In this document: in pieces, positions 28,369 to 38,440 of the stretch
How positions within the stretch are numbered: the first letter of the stretch is position 1
Layout: each line of letters begins with the position of its first letter
Program-made: the position numbers and the translations under genes
The notes under the pieces: generated by a model
Database searches by the model: none
The model's input: the letters and a program-made list of their open reading frames with translations, nothing else
Told to the model about the DNA's origin: nothing
Origin: an uncultured Clostridia bacterium
GTDB taxonomy: Bacteria; Bacillota; Clostridia; TANB77; CAG-508
Length of the DNA: 64,000 nt
Reading direction: 5' to 3'
NCBI GenBank assembly: GCA_944388805.1
Contig: CALXKE010000003.1
Span: 7,885 to 71,884 of the forward strand

Positions 28369-31300
28369 TTATATCTTATATTTTCTATATTTTATATATG
28401 TAAATATAGAAACACCACCTGCAATAATTATGCCAATCATTAATATATTTCTAAGTCCTGCATAAGGTAATTTTGAATTACTCGTAGAAATGTTATTTTT
28501 TTCTGAATTGTTAATTATATTTTGTTGATTATTATTAGAATTATCACTTATATTGTTGTTATTTGCACTTCCATTATTGTTTGTATTATCTATGGTGTTA
28601 TTGTCATTATCATTATTATCTGTATTGGTAGCATTGTCATCTGTGCTTGTATTGTTATTTGTGTTGGTGTTCGTATTTGTATTAGTGTTTGTATTCGTGT
28701 TTGTATTGGTATTATCATTATCATCATTGTTATTGTCATCATCGTTGTCTTCTTTAATATCTATCACAAATTCTACAACTGTTCGATTTCCTGCCTCATC
28801 TGTTGCTGTCAAGACATATGTACCATTTTCAGATATAGTATCTCCGCTTTGATAGTTTCCAACAATATTACCATCTTTTGTTAATGTCACACTTTCTAAA
28901 TTTTCATCCTCTATTCTAGGTGTTACCTCAGTTCCATATGTCATACCATCTTCTACACCCGAAATTGTAGGTGGTGTAGTATCATCTGGTTCAGGTTCAG
29001 GTTCAGGTTCTGGTTCTGGATCTGGTGTTGGTTCTGGTGTTACAATTTCTGTAATCGTAATCACTTTTACTGTACTGTTTCCTTGTTCATCTTCTGCATA
29101 AATGGTATATGTTCCATTTTTTGTAAACATAACTGCTGCCTCTGCTGATTTATCATCAGTTATCATTTGAAGTGAATTTCCTTCATTTTCAAAATAATCT
29201 GTATTTTGTTCTCCGTTCGCTATTTTTATTGTCTTAATTTGAGACTCTGTATCTGTTACATGAATCGTTAATTTTATAGATTCATTTTCATTAATACTTT
29301 CCTCCGTTGTTTGTATTTCTGGAGGTGTTATATCATCAATTTCTGGTTCTTCTGTAATGGTTGTTACTTCAAATACTTCTATTTTAGCATTTCCTGCTTC
29401 ATCTTCAACATATACCGTGTAGGTTCCATTCTCTATAACATTAATAGCTGCTAATGCAGAATTTCCTTCTTTTTGAAGATTTAATTCTTGTCCTTCGTTT
29501 TCAAAATATTCTATTGTTTGTTCTCCTTTTGCTACCTTTACTAAGTTAATGTTTGTAAGGTTATCTAAAAGATTGATAGACACTTTCACATTTTTATTAT
29601 CTGTATTTTCTTGATTGATTGTAATTACAGGTGCTGTTTTATCGATCACAAATTTTACGACTACTTCATTTCCTGTTTCATCCACTGCATTTAAAACATA
29701 TGCACCTTCATCTTCAATTACATCACCATTTTGGTAATCTTCTACGTCGATACCATCTTTTGTTAAATATATTTCTGCCAAGTGTTCATCTGTAATGATT
29801 GGTGTAACAGATTGATTATAGATACCATTATCTTGAACATTATTCACTTCTGGTGGAGTTTTATCTTCTTCTGTTGGTGGAGTATCATCTATATTCGTAA
29901 TTTCTATTGTTTTAACCGTTTCATTACCATTTTCATCTTTTGCATATACGGTATATGTTCCAATAGAATCAATTGTAAATTCTGTGCGAATAGATACACC
30001 TACTTTGCCTTGTCCAATACGCGTTCCATTTGTTGCAAAATATGCTATGTCTTCTTCCCCTTTTGCCCATTTCACTTCATCAACATTAGAATTATGTGCT
30101 TGAACATCTACATCAATTTGTTTTGGATTTTCTGTATTTTGTGTAAGGGTAATCGTTGGTGCCTCACTTGGTTCTGGTTCTGGTTCTGGAGTATTGATTC
30201 CTATAAGTGTTTTTGTATAGATGTGTGAATATCCTTGTTCATCTTTAACATATACATGAATTGTACAATTTTCTTGAACTGTATATTTTCCAACAACTTC
30301 TTTTCCTGGTGTAATTGAAATAGACTCTCCATTATTTTCAAAATAGTCATCAGCAATGTCATCACCTATCGCTACTTTCATTTCAACAATATTACATATT
30401 GTATTTGCAGCAGTAATTGTTAAATTACCTGGAGCATTTTCGTCTTGTTCAATTGATATATTCATGACATTTTTCTGCGCAGTGATTCTACTTTGTGTAA
30501 ATAATCTATATCCTGCTTCGTCTTCTATACAAAACATATATGTATCATCTGCTGGTGCTGTATAACTTAAATTAACTGTTTGCCCTTCTGTAATTGGTAG
30601 TCCTTCAATTGTGTCAAATTTATCATAATCTTCTCCTATTTCAGAAAGTTTTGCTACCTTCACAGAAACAATATTGCAAATCGCATCTGTTATATGTAAA
30701 TTCACTTCTCTTGTATTTGTTCCATTTGTGATTTCAACTGATATTGGCGTATTTTGTTTTGCTACATACATTTGACGAGTTGCTTTATTTCCTTCACTAT
30801 CTTCTGCATAAATGACATATAAGCCTTCCTCTGTAATTTCTGTATATCTTACAGATACATGATTATTTTCTATGAATTTTATATCTGTTCCTTCAGTACT
30901 AAAATCAATATTATCATTTATATTATCTTTTTTGGCAATTTTTAATTTTGTTATTGTATTCTTATTACTTGTTACCTCAATATTTAAATTTAATGAATCT
31001 TTTTCTTTTGTTAATGAAATTTGTGGCATATCATTTGGGTCATTTACGGTTAATCTTGCTAAAAATGCATTTTTATTTTCATCTTTCGCAAATACTGTGT
31101 AACTTCCATAACCATCTAATTTGAATGTTTCTTCAACTGTTGGTGCTGGTGTTATATCAAATGTATAGATATCCTCATGGTCTTCTTCGAAATAAGAAGC
31201 ATTATTTGTATCTATATATTGTTTTACATATTTCAACTCTATAATATTCCCCTCTGTACTTGTTGCCATTATATGAATTATATCAGGATTAGTTTCATCT

Positions 31301-31455
31301 CTTTTTAATTCTACATTAACTGGATAATCTTGTTTTGAAGTTGATGATGTTCCACTATCTACCGCTTTTGATACAATTGGCAAACTAATTGATAATATCA
31401 TTATCATAATAATTAAAATAGATATGATTTTTTCAACTACATTTTTCATTTTCAT
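28369..31455 (-). CDS. Large sortase-anchored surface protein with repeated Ig-like modules
   Basis: Signal peptide; repeated GxYTVYAxDExGN modules; PEPEP and NTNT linkers; LPYAG, TM helix and KYRKYK tail. Confidence 0.85.
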   Translation of the reverse strand: MKMKNVVEKIISILIIMIMILSISLPIVSKAVDSGTSSTSKQDYPVNVELKRDETNPDIIHIMATSTEGNIIELKYVKQYIDTNNASYFEEDHEDIYTFDITPAPTVEETFKLDGYGSYTVFAKDENKNAFLARLTVNDPNDMPQISLTKEKDSLNLNIEVTSNKNTITKLKIAKKDNINDNIDFSTEGTDIKFIENNHVSVRYTEITEEGLYVIYAEDSEGNKATRQMYVAKQNTPISVEITNGTNTREVNLHITDAICNIVSVKVAKLSEIGEDYDKFDTIEGLPITEGQTVNLSYTAPADDTYMFCIEDEAGYRLFTQSRITAQKNVMNISIEQDENAPGNLTITAANTICNIVEMKVAIGDDIADDYFENNGESISITPGKEVVGKYTVQENCTIHVYVKDEQGYSHIYTKTLIGINTPEPEPEPSEAPTITLTQNTENPKQIDVDVQAHNSNVDEVKWAKGEEDIAYFATNGTRIGQGKVGVSIRTEFTIDSIGTYTVYAKDENGNETVKTIEITNIDDTPPTEEDKTPPEVNNVQDNGIYNQSVTPIITDEHLAEIYLTKDGIDVEDYQNGDVIEDEGAYVLNAVDETGNEVVVKFVIDKTAPVITINQENTDNKNVKVSINLLDNLTNINLVKVAKGEQTIEYFENEGQELNLQKEGNSALAAINVIENGTYTVYVEDEAGNAKIEVFEVTTITEEPEIDDITPPEIQTTEESINENESIKLTIHVTDTESQIKTIKIANGEQNTDYFENEGNSLQMITDDKSAEAAVMFTKNGTYTIYAEDEQGNSTVKVITITEIVTPEPTPDPEPEPEPEPEPDDTTPPTISGVEDGMTYGTEVTPRIEDENLESVTLTKDGNIVGNYQSGDTISENGTYVLTATDEAGNRTVVEFVIDIKEDNDDDNNNDDNDNTNTNTNTNTNTNTNTNTNNNTSTDDNATNTDNNDNDNNTIDNTNNNGSANNNNISDNSNNNQQNIINNSEKNNISTSNSKLPYAGLRNILMIGIIIAGGVSIFTYIKYRKYKI

Positions 31456-31573
31456 TCACGTTCCTTTCATAAGTATATAAAGTATTATACCATTGCCAAA
31501 ATATTTTAGCAATGGTAATTTTTATTTCTTTTTATAACTTCCAATAAACTAAGAATATTAGTTGATGTATTCT

Positions 31574-31757
31574 GAAAAGAGCTAATATATAAATATTTTT
31601 TAATTCTCGGTTATCCTACATTACGTTTAACAAATTCTAAAAATAAAACTGTAACAATACCCGGAAACAGGACCCTTTACAGTTTTATTTTAAGAATTTA
31701 TAAAACTATTTCGGTCACATTCGAATTTTAAAAAATATTTATGTATTAGCTCTTTTC
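31574..31757 (+). repeat. About 185-bp rod-like fold-back element
   Basis: Outer GAAAAGAGCTAATATATAAATATTTTTTAA / TTAAAAAATATTTATGTATTAGCTCTTTTC; inner AAATTCTAAAAATAAAACTGTAA / TTACAGTTTTATTTTAAGAATTT; GC-rich apical loop. Confidence 0.85.
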
Positions 31758-31780
31758 GATGGATAATTCATTCGGATTAT

Positions 31781-32731
31781 CTATTCTCCTCTAATATCTG
31801 CTTCTACTTCTTCATTATTTTTATTATTTTTATCATGCACTTTCAAATAATATGGCTGTATATCAAGTAGACTATCCATGTAGACAATATTTCCATTTTT
31901 ATCATTTATTTTTAAGTTTGGAAATGTTCTTATCATCTTTTTATCTCCCCAAAATCGATAAATAAATTTTGATAATTTTTCATTTTCATAAATTTTATCA
32001 TATTGTTCTATTACTAATTCTTTATTATCAATATCAATATCATTTTGAACAATCATTCTTACTAAAAAGAATTCAATTGCAAAACCTGTAGATACACAAT
32101 CTATCATAAGTAAAATAAATACTGTCATAACAAATGTCTTTAAACCTTTATAGGTTTTAAATTTGCTTTTTATCCAATCAATGATTTTATCTACTTTAGG
32201 ATTTAAAGAAGCTATTAAATAAATTCCTAAAAATCCCCAGAAAACAGAGAAATACACGCAAATTCTTCCATTAAGATTTAATGGCATGCTAGAATAATCC
32301 CACCATTTTACACCTAATAACATTTCTCCAACAAGACTTACTACATATTCAACAATTGAACCTACAATAAATCCGCCTATAAATAACGTATTAAATTTTC
32401 TAGGAAACTTGTGTAAGCAAATAATCATAACAACAGCACCTAAACCATAAATACCACAAAATGGTCCATATAAAAAGCTTTGTCTACTTTCCCATACCCC
32501 TTTTGTTATCATACCATATATAGTTTCTATAATATATCCTAATACACTATAAATAATAAAATATGCCAAAATTCTCCATATACTAATTCCATTAATTGTT
32601 CTTTTTTTCTTTACTTTTGGTTGGTTTTGTGTTTCATTATTTTCTTCACATTGATTTTTTTCTACTGGCACATTGATTTCTTCATCTTTTATTTCTTCTT
32701 TTTTCATTTTTTTATTTTCCATATATTGCAA
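31781..32731 (-). CDS. Putative ABC transporter permease (DUF1113/CmpB-TMEM229-like)
   Basis: FIIYSVLGYIIET, FLYGPFCGIYGLG and WWDYSSMPLNLNGRIC. Confidence 0.8.
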   Translation of the reverse strand: MQYMENKKMKKEEIKDEEINVPVEKNQCEENNETQNQPKVKKKRTINGISIWRILAYFIIYSVLGYIIETIYGMITKGVWESRQSFLYGPFCGIYGLGAVVMIICLHKFPRKFNTLFIGGFIVGSIVEYVVSLVGEMLLGVKWWDYSSMPLNLNGRICVYFSVFWGFLGIYLIASLNPKVDKIIDWIKSKFKTYKGLKTFVMTVFILLMIDCVSTGFAIEFFLVRMIVQNDIDIDNKELVIEQYDKIYENEKLSKFIYRFWGDKKMIRTFPNLKINDKNGNIVYMDSLLDIQPYYLKVHDKNNKNNEEVEADIRGE

Positions 32732-32740
32732 AAATCCTTT

Positions 32741-34516
32741 CTATAGCAAACTTTTTAACTCTTCAATTTTATTTTTATAAAATTGAACAATCACTTCATA
32801 AGTGTGTATATCTTCTAAATCAACATCTACCATTTTCAAAAGATCTATTGATTTTTTAGTACAACCTTGACTTAACATATGAATATATTTTTCTACATAT
32901 CCTTCTTCTTTATTCAAGATTTTTGTTGCAATACAAACAGCTGCTGATATTCCCGTTGCATATTTATATACATAAAAATCTCTATAAAAATGAGGAATTC
33001 TAGCCCATTCATATTGTATTTGACTATCAATAATAATATCTTTTCCAAAATATTTTTGATTTAATGCATAATACATTTTATTTAAGTCTTCTGCTGATAA
33101 CATTTCTCCATTTTCAATCTTTTCATGAACTTCCTTTTCAAACTCTGCAAACATTGCTTGTCTATAAAAAGTTGCTCTTACCATCTCCAAAAGTTCATAA
33201 ATATATTCTGCCTTTTTCTTTTTATCTTTCTCATGTTGTATTTGATATTCATTAAGTAAAATTTCGTTCACTGTTGAGGCTACTTCTGCTACCATAATTG
33301 TATAATTCGCATTAATTATATTTTGATTTTTATTAGAATAGTATGAATGGATACTGTGTCCTAATTCATGAGCAATAGTTCCAACATCTCTCTTATTTTC
33401 TGTAAAACTCATCAACACAAATGGATGAACTCCATATACTCCAGAACTATATGCTCCACCTCTTTTATTGGGTTTTTCATATACATCTATCCAACGGTTT
33501 TCAAAAGCCTTATTTAATATATCACCATATTCTTTACCTAATACAGCTAATGCATCTTTTACTTCTTTTTTTGCCTCTTCAAAAGAAATTTGGTCTTTTT
33601 CTACTTGAAATGGATTAACATAGATATCATATATATGCATTTCATCCATATGTAACAATTTTCTTTTTAAAGATATAAATTCATGATTAATTTCTAGTCC
33701 ATCATTAACACCTTTCATCAATGCTTCATATACCTTAATTGTTGCATCATCATGAATAGTTGCTTGTTCTAAAGAAGAGGTGTATTTTCTTAATCTTGAA
33801 GTAATAACCGTTTGCTTTACATTTGATAAATACATTTCTGTTATGGTATTAATATATTCACTATATTTCTTATACATTAAATAAAAAGCTTGTTTTCTCA
33901 CTTCTATATTTGAACTTTTTAAATATGTTGTATATGTTGCATCTGTTAATTCTACTTCTTTTCCCTCTTCATTTGTTAGTTTTCCAAATTTAAATTCTGC
34001 ATTTGTTAAAATATCATATATATTTTCTGGTCCAGAAAACACTTCTGAATAATTAGCAAGTAAACTTTCTTCTTCTTTACTCAAAACATGTTTTTTCTTT
34101 TCTAAAATATCTTCTATATCTCTTTCATATGGTTTTAATCTTTTATCTTCAGATAAATATGTACGAATTGTTTTTTCATCTGTAAATGTAATTTCAGGTG
34201 TGATAAAAGAAGTGATTGTACTGAATTCTGATGATAGATTTTCCACCTCTTTAAATAACTTGATTCCTTCTTGATCTGCCATATTTAAATGATAAGAAAA
34301 CATTCCATAAGAATAAATTTTGTCAAAACTCATTAATAGCTTTTCATATAAAGCATAACATTGATATAAATTTTCTGAACTATTACATAATATTCCTTTA
34401 TAGTTTTCTATTTGTTTTAATTTATCCTTTACATTTTTTATTTCTTCATAAAATTCTTCTTTATTTTTAAATAAATCTGTTAAATCCCAACTATATTTGT
34501 CTTGTACTTTTTCCAT
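32741..34516 (-). CDS. pepF: Oligoendopeptidase F (M3B)
   Basis: WDLTDLF, RWIDVY, KRGGAYS, HELGHSIH, AEVASTVNE and WARIPHFY; start ATG 34516 after AAGGAGG. Confidence 0.95.
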   Translation of the reverse strand: MEKVQDKYSWDLTDLFKNKEEFYEEIKNVKDKLKQIENYKGILCNSSENLYQCYALYEKLLMSFDKIYSYGMFSYHLNMADQEGIKLFKEVENLSSEFSTITSFITPEITFTDEKTIRTYLSEDKRLKPYERDIEDILEKKKHVLSKEEESLLANYSEVFSGPENIYDILTNAEFKFGKLTNEEGKEVELTDATYTTYLKSSNIEVRKQAFYLMYKKYSEYINTITEMYLSNVKQTVITSRLRKYTSSLEQATIHDDATIKVYEALMKGVNDGLEINHEFISLKRKLLHMDEMHIYDIYVNPFQVEKDQISFEEAKKEVKDALAVLGKEYGDILNKAFENRWIDVYEKPNKRGGAYSSGVYGVHPFVLMSFTENKRDVGTIAHELGHSIHSYYSNKNQNIINANYTIMVAEVASTVNEILLNEYQIQHEKDKKKKAEYIYELLEMVRATFYRQAMFAEFEKEVHEKIENGEMLSAEDLNKMYYALNQKYFGKDIIIDSQIQYEWARIPHFYRDFYVYKYATGISAAVCIATKILNKEEGYVEKYIHMLSQGCTKKSIDLLKMVDVDLEDIHTYEVIVQFYKNKIEELKSLL

Positions 34517-34669
34517 TTTTTCTTCCTCCTTGTCCCCTATTCTACCATACCTGAATTTTATATACAAGGAATTCATCACTCTTTTTTCTAAATAAAAAAA
34601 CACCTTTATTCATGTATAATTTCTATTACCAGATTATACAAATAAAAGTGTTTCTATATTACATATTCA

Positions 34670-34975
34670 TTAATAGACAGGAATTTTTATTTCCATCCCT
34701 TCCGATAAATTACTAGTTGTCATATGGTTAACTTTTTTTAATTCTAATATAACATTTTGAATATCTGCATTTTCAAAATATGCATTTTCTTGTATTTCCT
34801 TTTCTGCAATTTCCCATAATGTTTCTCCTTTTACAACATATTCTGTTTTATATTTTGTTTCACTATTAGAATATGTTTTATGGCTTGCAATACATATGAT
34901 AGCAATTACTATACATGTTAGAATTGTCATTGTTCTTATAAATTTATATTTATTAATAATTTTTATATGTTTCAT
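34670..34975 (-). CDS. yneA: LysM-domain membrane protein, YneA-like SOS cell-division inhibitor
   Basis: TM helix plus LysM (YVVKGETLWEIA...GMEIKIP); LexA boxes in the promoter. Confidence 0.75.
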   Translation of the reverse strand: MKHIKIINKYKFIRTMTILTCIVIAIICIASHKTYSNSETKYKTEYVVKGETLWEIAEKEIQENAYFENADIQNVILELKKVNHMTTSNLSEGMEIKIPVY

Positions 34976-34991
34976 AACAGTCCTCCTTTAA

Positions 34992-35043
34992 GAATATATG
35001 TTCGGTATGTTTGTATTATATACGAACATTTATTCTTTGTCAA
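34992..35043 (-). promoter_or_regulatory. Sigma-A promoter with two LexA (Cheo-box-like) operators
   Basis: TTGACA (35043-35038)-N17-TATAAT (35020-35015); GAATATATGTTC at 34992-35003 and GAACATTTATTC at 35024-35035, each one mismatch from GAAC-N4-GTTC. Confidence 0.8.
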
Positions 35044-35073
35044 TACTTGTTGCAAAAAAATGTTTGTTTTTTC

Positions 35074-35652
35074 TTAAATCAATATTGGACTGATTTGTTC
35101 TCCCTCTAGGGCATATTCTATTGTTTTTATGATGTATTCTGCATCAAATACAATTGATCTTGGTTTTGTTATGGGATTATCTTGTCTAAATGGTACAAAA
35201 TAATAATTTTTTCTATTCAATAATTTTCCTATGTTTTCAGCATTACCACTTAATCCATTATTCGTAGATGGTGCAATCACTAATGGTCTATTATTTCTTA
35301 AATGCGATTTTGCTGCCATAGTGGCTGGCGTATCTATAATATCACAGGCTAACTTTGACATTGTATTTCCAGAACAAGGTGCAATAATCATCACATCTGT
35401 CATTTTTTTAGGACCAATTGGTTCTGCATCTACAATAGTATGAATAATTTTCCTTCCTGTCATTTCTTCTATTTCATCAATAAAATCTTCTGCTTTTCCA
35501 AATTTTGTGTCTAATTGATAGCTATTAAAAGACATGATGGGTACAATTTCTGCTTCTCTTTTTATTAATTCTTTCATTTTTGGTAACACTTTTCGAAATG
35601 TACAAAATGAACCTGTTAATACAAATCCTATCTTTTTTCCCTTTACTTCCAA
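35074..35652 (-). CDS. spoVFB: Dipicolinate synthase subunit B
   Basis: GFVLTGSFCTF, DTKFG, AEPIGPK, APCSGNT, AAKSHLRN and VPFRQDNPITKP; TTG start after AGGAGG. Confidence 0.93.
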   Translation of the reverse strand: MEVKGKKIGFVLTGSFCTFRKVLPKMKELIKREAEIVPIMSFNSYQLDTKFGKAEDFIDEIEEMTGRKIIHTIVDAEPIGPKKMTDVMIIAPCSGNTMSKLACDIIDTPATMAAKSHLRNNRPLVIAPSTNNGLSGNAENIGKLLNRKNYYFVPFRQDNPITKPRSIVFDAEYIIKTIEYALEGEQISPILI

Positions 35653-35788
35653 AAAAATTCCTCCTTTCTTTTTATCTTTTATATAATATGATTTTATGTA
35701 AATATTGCTTGCTATTTTTTATAATATCTAACATAAAAATAGAACAGTATATAAATACTGTTCTATTTTGGTTAATTTTATTTTTTCT

Positions 35789-36433
35789 CTATCTCTTTAC
35801 TTCTATTTTGTTTTCGTAAATCACATCCATCACTTCATCAGAATAATATTTGTCAAAAAACATATCTATATTGCTTGTTGCTGCTATTTCACGATTTCTT
35901 TCATCTTGTCTAATGGCTGCCATTGAAGATACAGATATATTAAATAACATAAATATAGCAAATAAAGCAGTTATCGTTCTAAAATATTGATTTTTTATTA
36001 TATTGTCAATATGATTAATTAATGGCATAACATATTTCATAAATAATACTCCTCCTATTCCCCAATATGTGCAATGTAACAAACTTGTCCTTCCATTTAT
36101 ATTAAACCATAGATTTGAATAATCCCATGATATGGTGCCAAATAAAAGCTCTTGAAAATAAGAACATAAATATTCTACAATTCCTCCTAATACCATTGTT
36201 ACAAAAAATATTTTTAGATATCCTCCTTTTATTTTAGGAACAACAAAATAGTAAGCTAATATTCCTAATCCATAGACCTGTGCAAATGGCCCAAATAGTA
36301 ATCCCTGTCTTGATACAAAATGTCCATTTTGAACCAATCCTACAATCATTTCTACTACATATCCAATAAGACTTCCTATAATAAACACCCAAAATATTTT
36401 TATGAATTGATTAACTAATTTTTCTTTCTTCAT
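35789..36433 (-). CDS. Putative ABC transporter permease (DUF1113-like), paralog 2
   Basis: GSLIGYVVE, RQGLLFGPFAQVYG and SWDYSNLWFNINGRT. Confidence 0.8.
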   Translation of the reverse strand: MKKEKLVNQFIKIFWVFIIGSLIGYVVEMIVGLVQNGHFVSRQGLLFGPFAQVYGLGILAYYFVVPKIKGGYLKIFFVTMVLGGIVEYLCSYFQELLFGTISWDYSNLWFNINGRTSLLHCTYWGIGGVLFMKYVMPLINHIDNIIKNQYFRTITALFAIFMLFNISVSSMAAIRQDERNREIAATSNIDMFFDKYYSDEVMDVIYENKIEVKR

Positions 36434-36558
36434 TTGCTTCACCCCTTATATTATTTTTGTAATTTTACTATATCATGTAAATCTTAATAATATTTTTAGG
36501 GATTCTTAAATTTACTTGAATAATTTCTTAAGAAAAATTAATGTCCAATTGAAGGCAT

Positions 36559-36871
36559 TTTGAGGGAAATTGGGGACGGACTCATTTTTCCCTTTTTCAA
36601 GTTTGATTAAAACGAAAAATATAGAATATAAAAAAATGAAACGATTTTGCGTATCTAAATTTGAAATTAGAAATTCTAAAGAAAAGCATGAGGACTGCTC
36701 ATTTTGCTTAAGATTTATAGCAACAATGAGAGAGGCGCATGTTTTTCTTGTAGAAATTTCTATGAAAATTTAGCTTATACAAAATTGTGTAATGGCTTTA
36801 TATTCTATATTTTTTTATAGTTTCTCAATTTAAAAAAGGGAAAAATGAGTCCGTCCCCAATTTCCCTCAAA
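36559..36871 (+). mobile_element. 313-bp fold-back/MITE-like element with 39-bp perfect terminal inverted repeats
   Basis: TTTGAGGGAAATTGGGGACGGACTCATTTTTCCCTTTTT (36559-36597) is the exact reverse complement of 36833-36871. The interior also pairs segment by segment, and no credible protein is encoded. Mobility is inferred. Confidence 0.75.
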
Positions 36872-37423
36872 TTAATGTAAATATTTTAATACTGAAAAAA
36901 CTGTGTCTGCTATTAATATGCCTATAAATACAAAGCAAACAATTTTCTGAATATTATTGGTATTTCCTTTTGTTATCTTTTGGATTTTATCTTGTATGTA
37001 TGGGTGTAACTTTTCTAATAATATCAATCCTATAACACCCCAAAATATAGAATATAATAAACTAACTCTTCCTTGAATATTTAAGAAATCATTAGAATAA
37101 TCCCACCATCTTAATCCAAATAACATTTCTAATATAAAAGAAACCATATATTCAAATAATGTAAATGCAATTGTAGCAATTAGAAATTTTAGAAGAGGCT
37201 TTTTATATAGTTTTTTTGTTGCCATTAATAATAAGACTGCTCCAAAACCATATATCGGACAAATTGGTCCAAATAAAAATCCTCTTTTTACAAAATAACC
37301 ATGTACAAACATAGCATAAATGGTTTCAATTAACCAGCCTAAAAAAGAATATATGAAAAAGTAGGTTATATATTCGATTATTTTATCTTTTGTTGTTTTG
37401 GCTAAGACTATTTTCTTTTCCAT
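36872..37423 (-). CDS. Putative ABC transporter permease (DUF1113-like), paralog 3
   Basis: FFIYSFLGWLIET, RGFLFGPICPIYGFG and WWDYSNDFLNIQGRV. Confidence 0.82.
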   Translation of the reverse strand: MEKKIVLAKTTKDKIIEYITYFFIYSFLGWLIETIYAMFVHGYFVKRGFLFGPICPIYGFGAVLLLMATKKLYKKPLLKFLIATIAFTLFEYMVSFILEMLFGLRWWDYSNDFLNIQGRVSLLYSIFWGVIGLILLEKLHPYIQDKIQKITKGNTNNIQKIVCFVFIGILIADTVFSVLKYLH

Positions 37424-37445
37424 AAACTTCCCTCTTATTTCCTTT

Positions 37446-38177
37446 CTATTTTATATCTTCTTGTATTGATTTTAAAGCTTCTTCTGTGGTTTTACTTTTA
37501 TCAAACTTATTGATGATAAACACAACTACACCAACTAATAAAAATGTAATTGCATATATGACTAAGCTTGATTTCCAATCACCTTTCATCAATGTATTTC
37601 CTGCAAATGTTGATGAAACTACTGATGGTAATCTAGCAAATGTAGATATTAATATCAAATGCAATGGTTTGATTGGTAACAATCCTGAAATATATACCAA
37701 CAAATCTTTTGGTGTTCCTGGTATCATAAATAATATAATTAATATCCACTCAACTTTCTTTGGATTTTTAAATATTTTACTATTTTCAATTTTCTTTACT
37801 TTTTCTTCATCACAAAAGTCATATACAAATTTTCTCCCTAATTTTCTTACTAAGAAAAAGATTATTGTTGTAATAATACATACAGATATGGTAATAAATA
37901 ATAATCCACCCCAGCCACCATAGCACATACCTGCTAATATTTCTATTGGCTCTCCGGGTAATATAAATAAAAATATTTGCGCCACCTGAAGGCCAAATAA
38001 CATTAATAACCCAATAAATCCTGAGTCGTTCACTTTATTTTTAAAAGCTTCTTGCCCTTCTACTGTACTTAGATTTTTCATCACTGGTATTAAATAAACT
38101 AACATTCCTATAATAATTGCTACTGCAATGATTGTTAATATAATTCTAAATATTTTTACCTTTGCTTTTCTACTCAT
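37446..38177 (-). CDS. VTT-domain (TVP38/TMEM64, DedA superfamily) membrane protein
   Basis: LQVAQIFLFILPGEPIEILAGMCYG, FMIPGTPKDLLVY and ARLPSVV. Confidence 0.85.
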   Translation of the reverse strand: MSRKAKVKIFRIILTIIAVAIIIGMLVYLIPVMKNLSTVEGQEAFKNKVNDSGFIGLLMLFGLQVAQIFLFILPGEPIEILAGMCYGGWGGLLFITISVCIITTIIFFLVRKLGRKFVYDFCDEEKVKKIENSKIFKNPKKVEWILIILFMIPGTPKDLLVYISGLLPIKPLHLILISTFARLPSVVSSTFAGNTLMKGDWKSSLVIYAITFLLVGVVVFIINKFDKSKTTEEALKSIQEDIK

Positions 38178-38268
38178 TTTTATCCTTTCTGTTTATGTTA
38201 AAATAAACCATGACATATATATTATACCACATTTTTCCTAAAATGTATGCATTTTGCTATATTTTTGT

Positions 38269-38284
38269 CTTACATTTTTGTCAC
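38269..38284 (-). promoter_or_regulatory. Putative BceR/GraR-type response-regulator box
   Basis: CTTACA-TTTT-TGTCAC at almost the same distance from its -10 (TATAAT, 38226-38221) as the box upstream of the ABC ATPase. Confidence 0.55.
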
Positions 38285-38440
38285 TTTTAGTATATCAGCT
38301 ATTTATTAAGTATTTTTTTACGAAATATTAAAATTTTCTTAAGATAGTTAACACTCATATTTTTAATTTATAAGAGTATTTTTTTCTATAGGATGAAAAA
38401 GGATAAAGTACCTGCATACTCTATCCTTTTTATAGATTTG

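Noticed and set aside
28540-29040. NTNTNT and PEPEPE tandem repeats as CRISPR or phase-variation tracts
   Set aside because: In-frame degenerate 6-bp coding repeats typical of cell-wall-spanning linkers; no spacers
36570-36773. 67-aa ORF in the 313-bp element (also 44184-44459 and 21189-21422)
   Set aside because: No SD, non-ATG starts and no transposase motifs; a by-product of the repeat sequence
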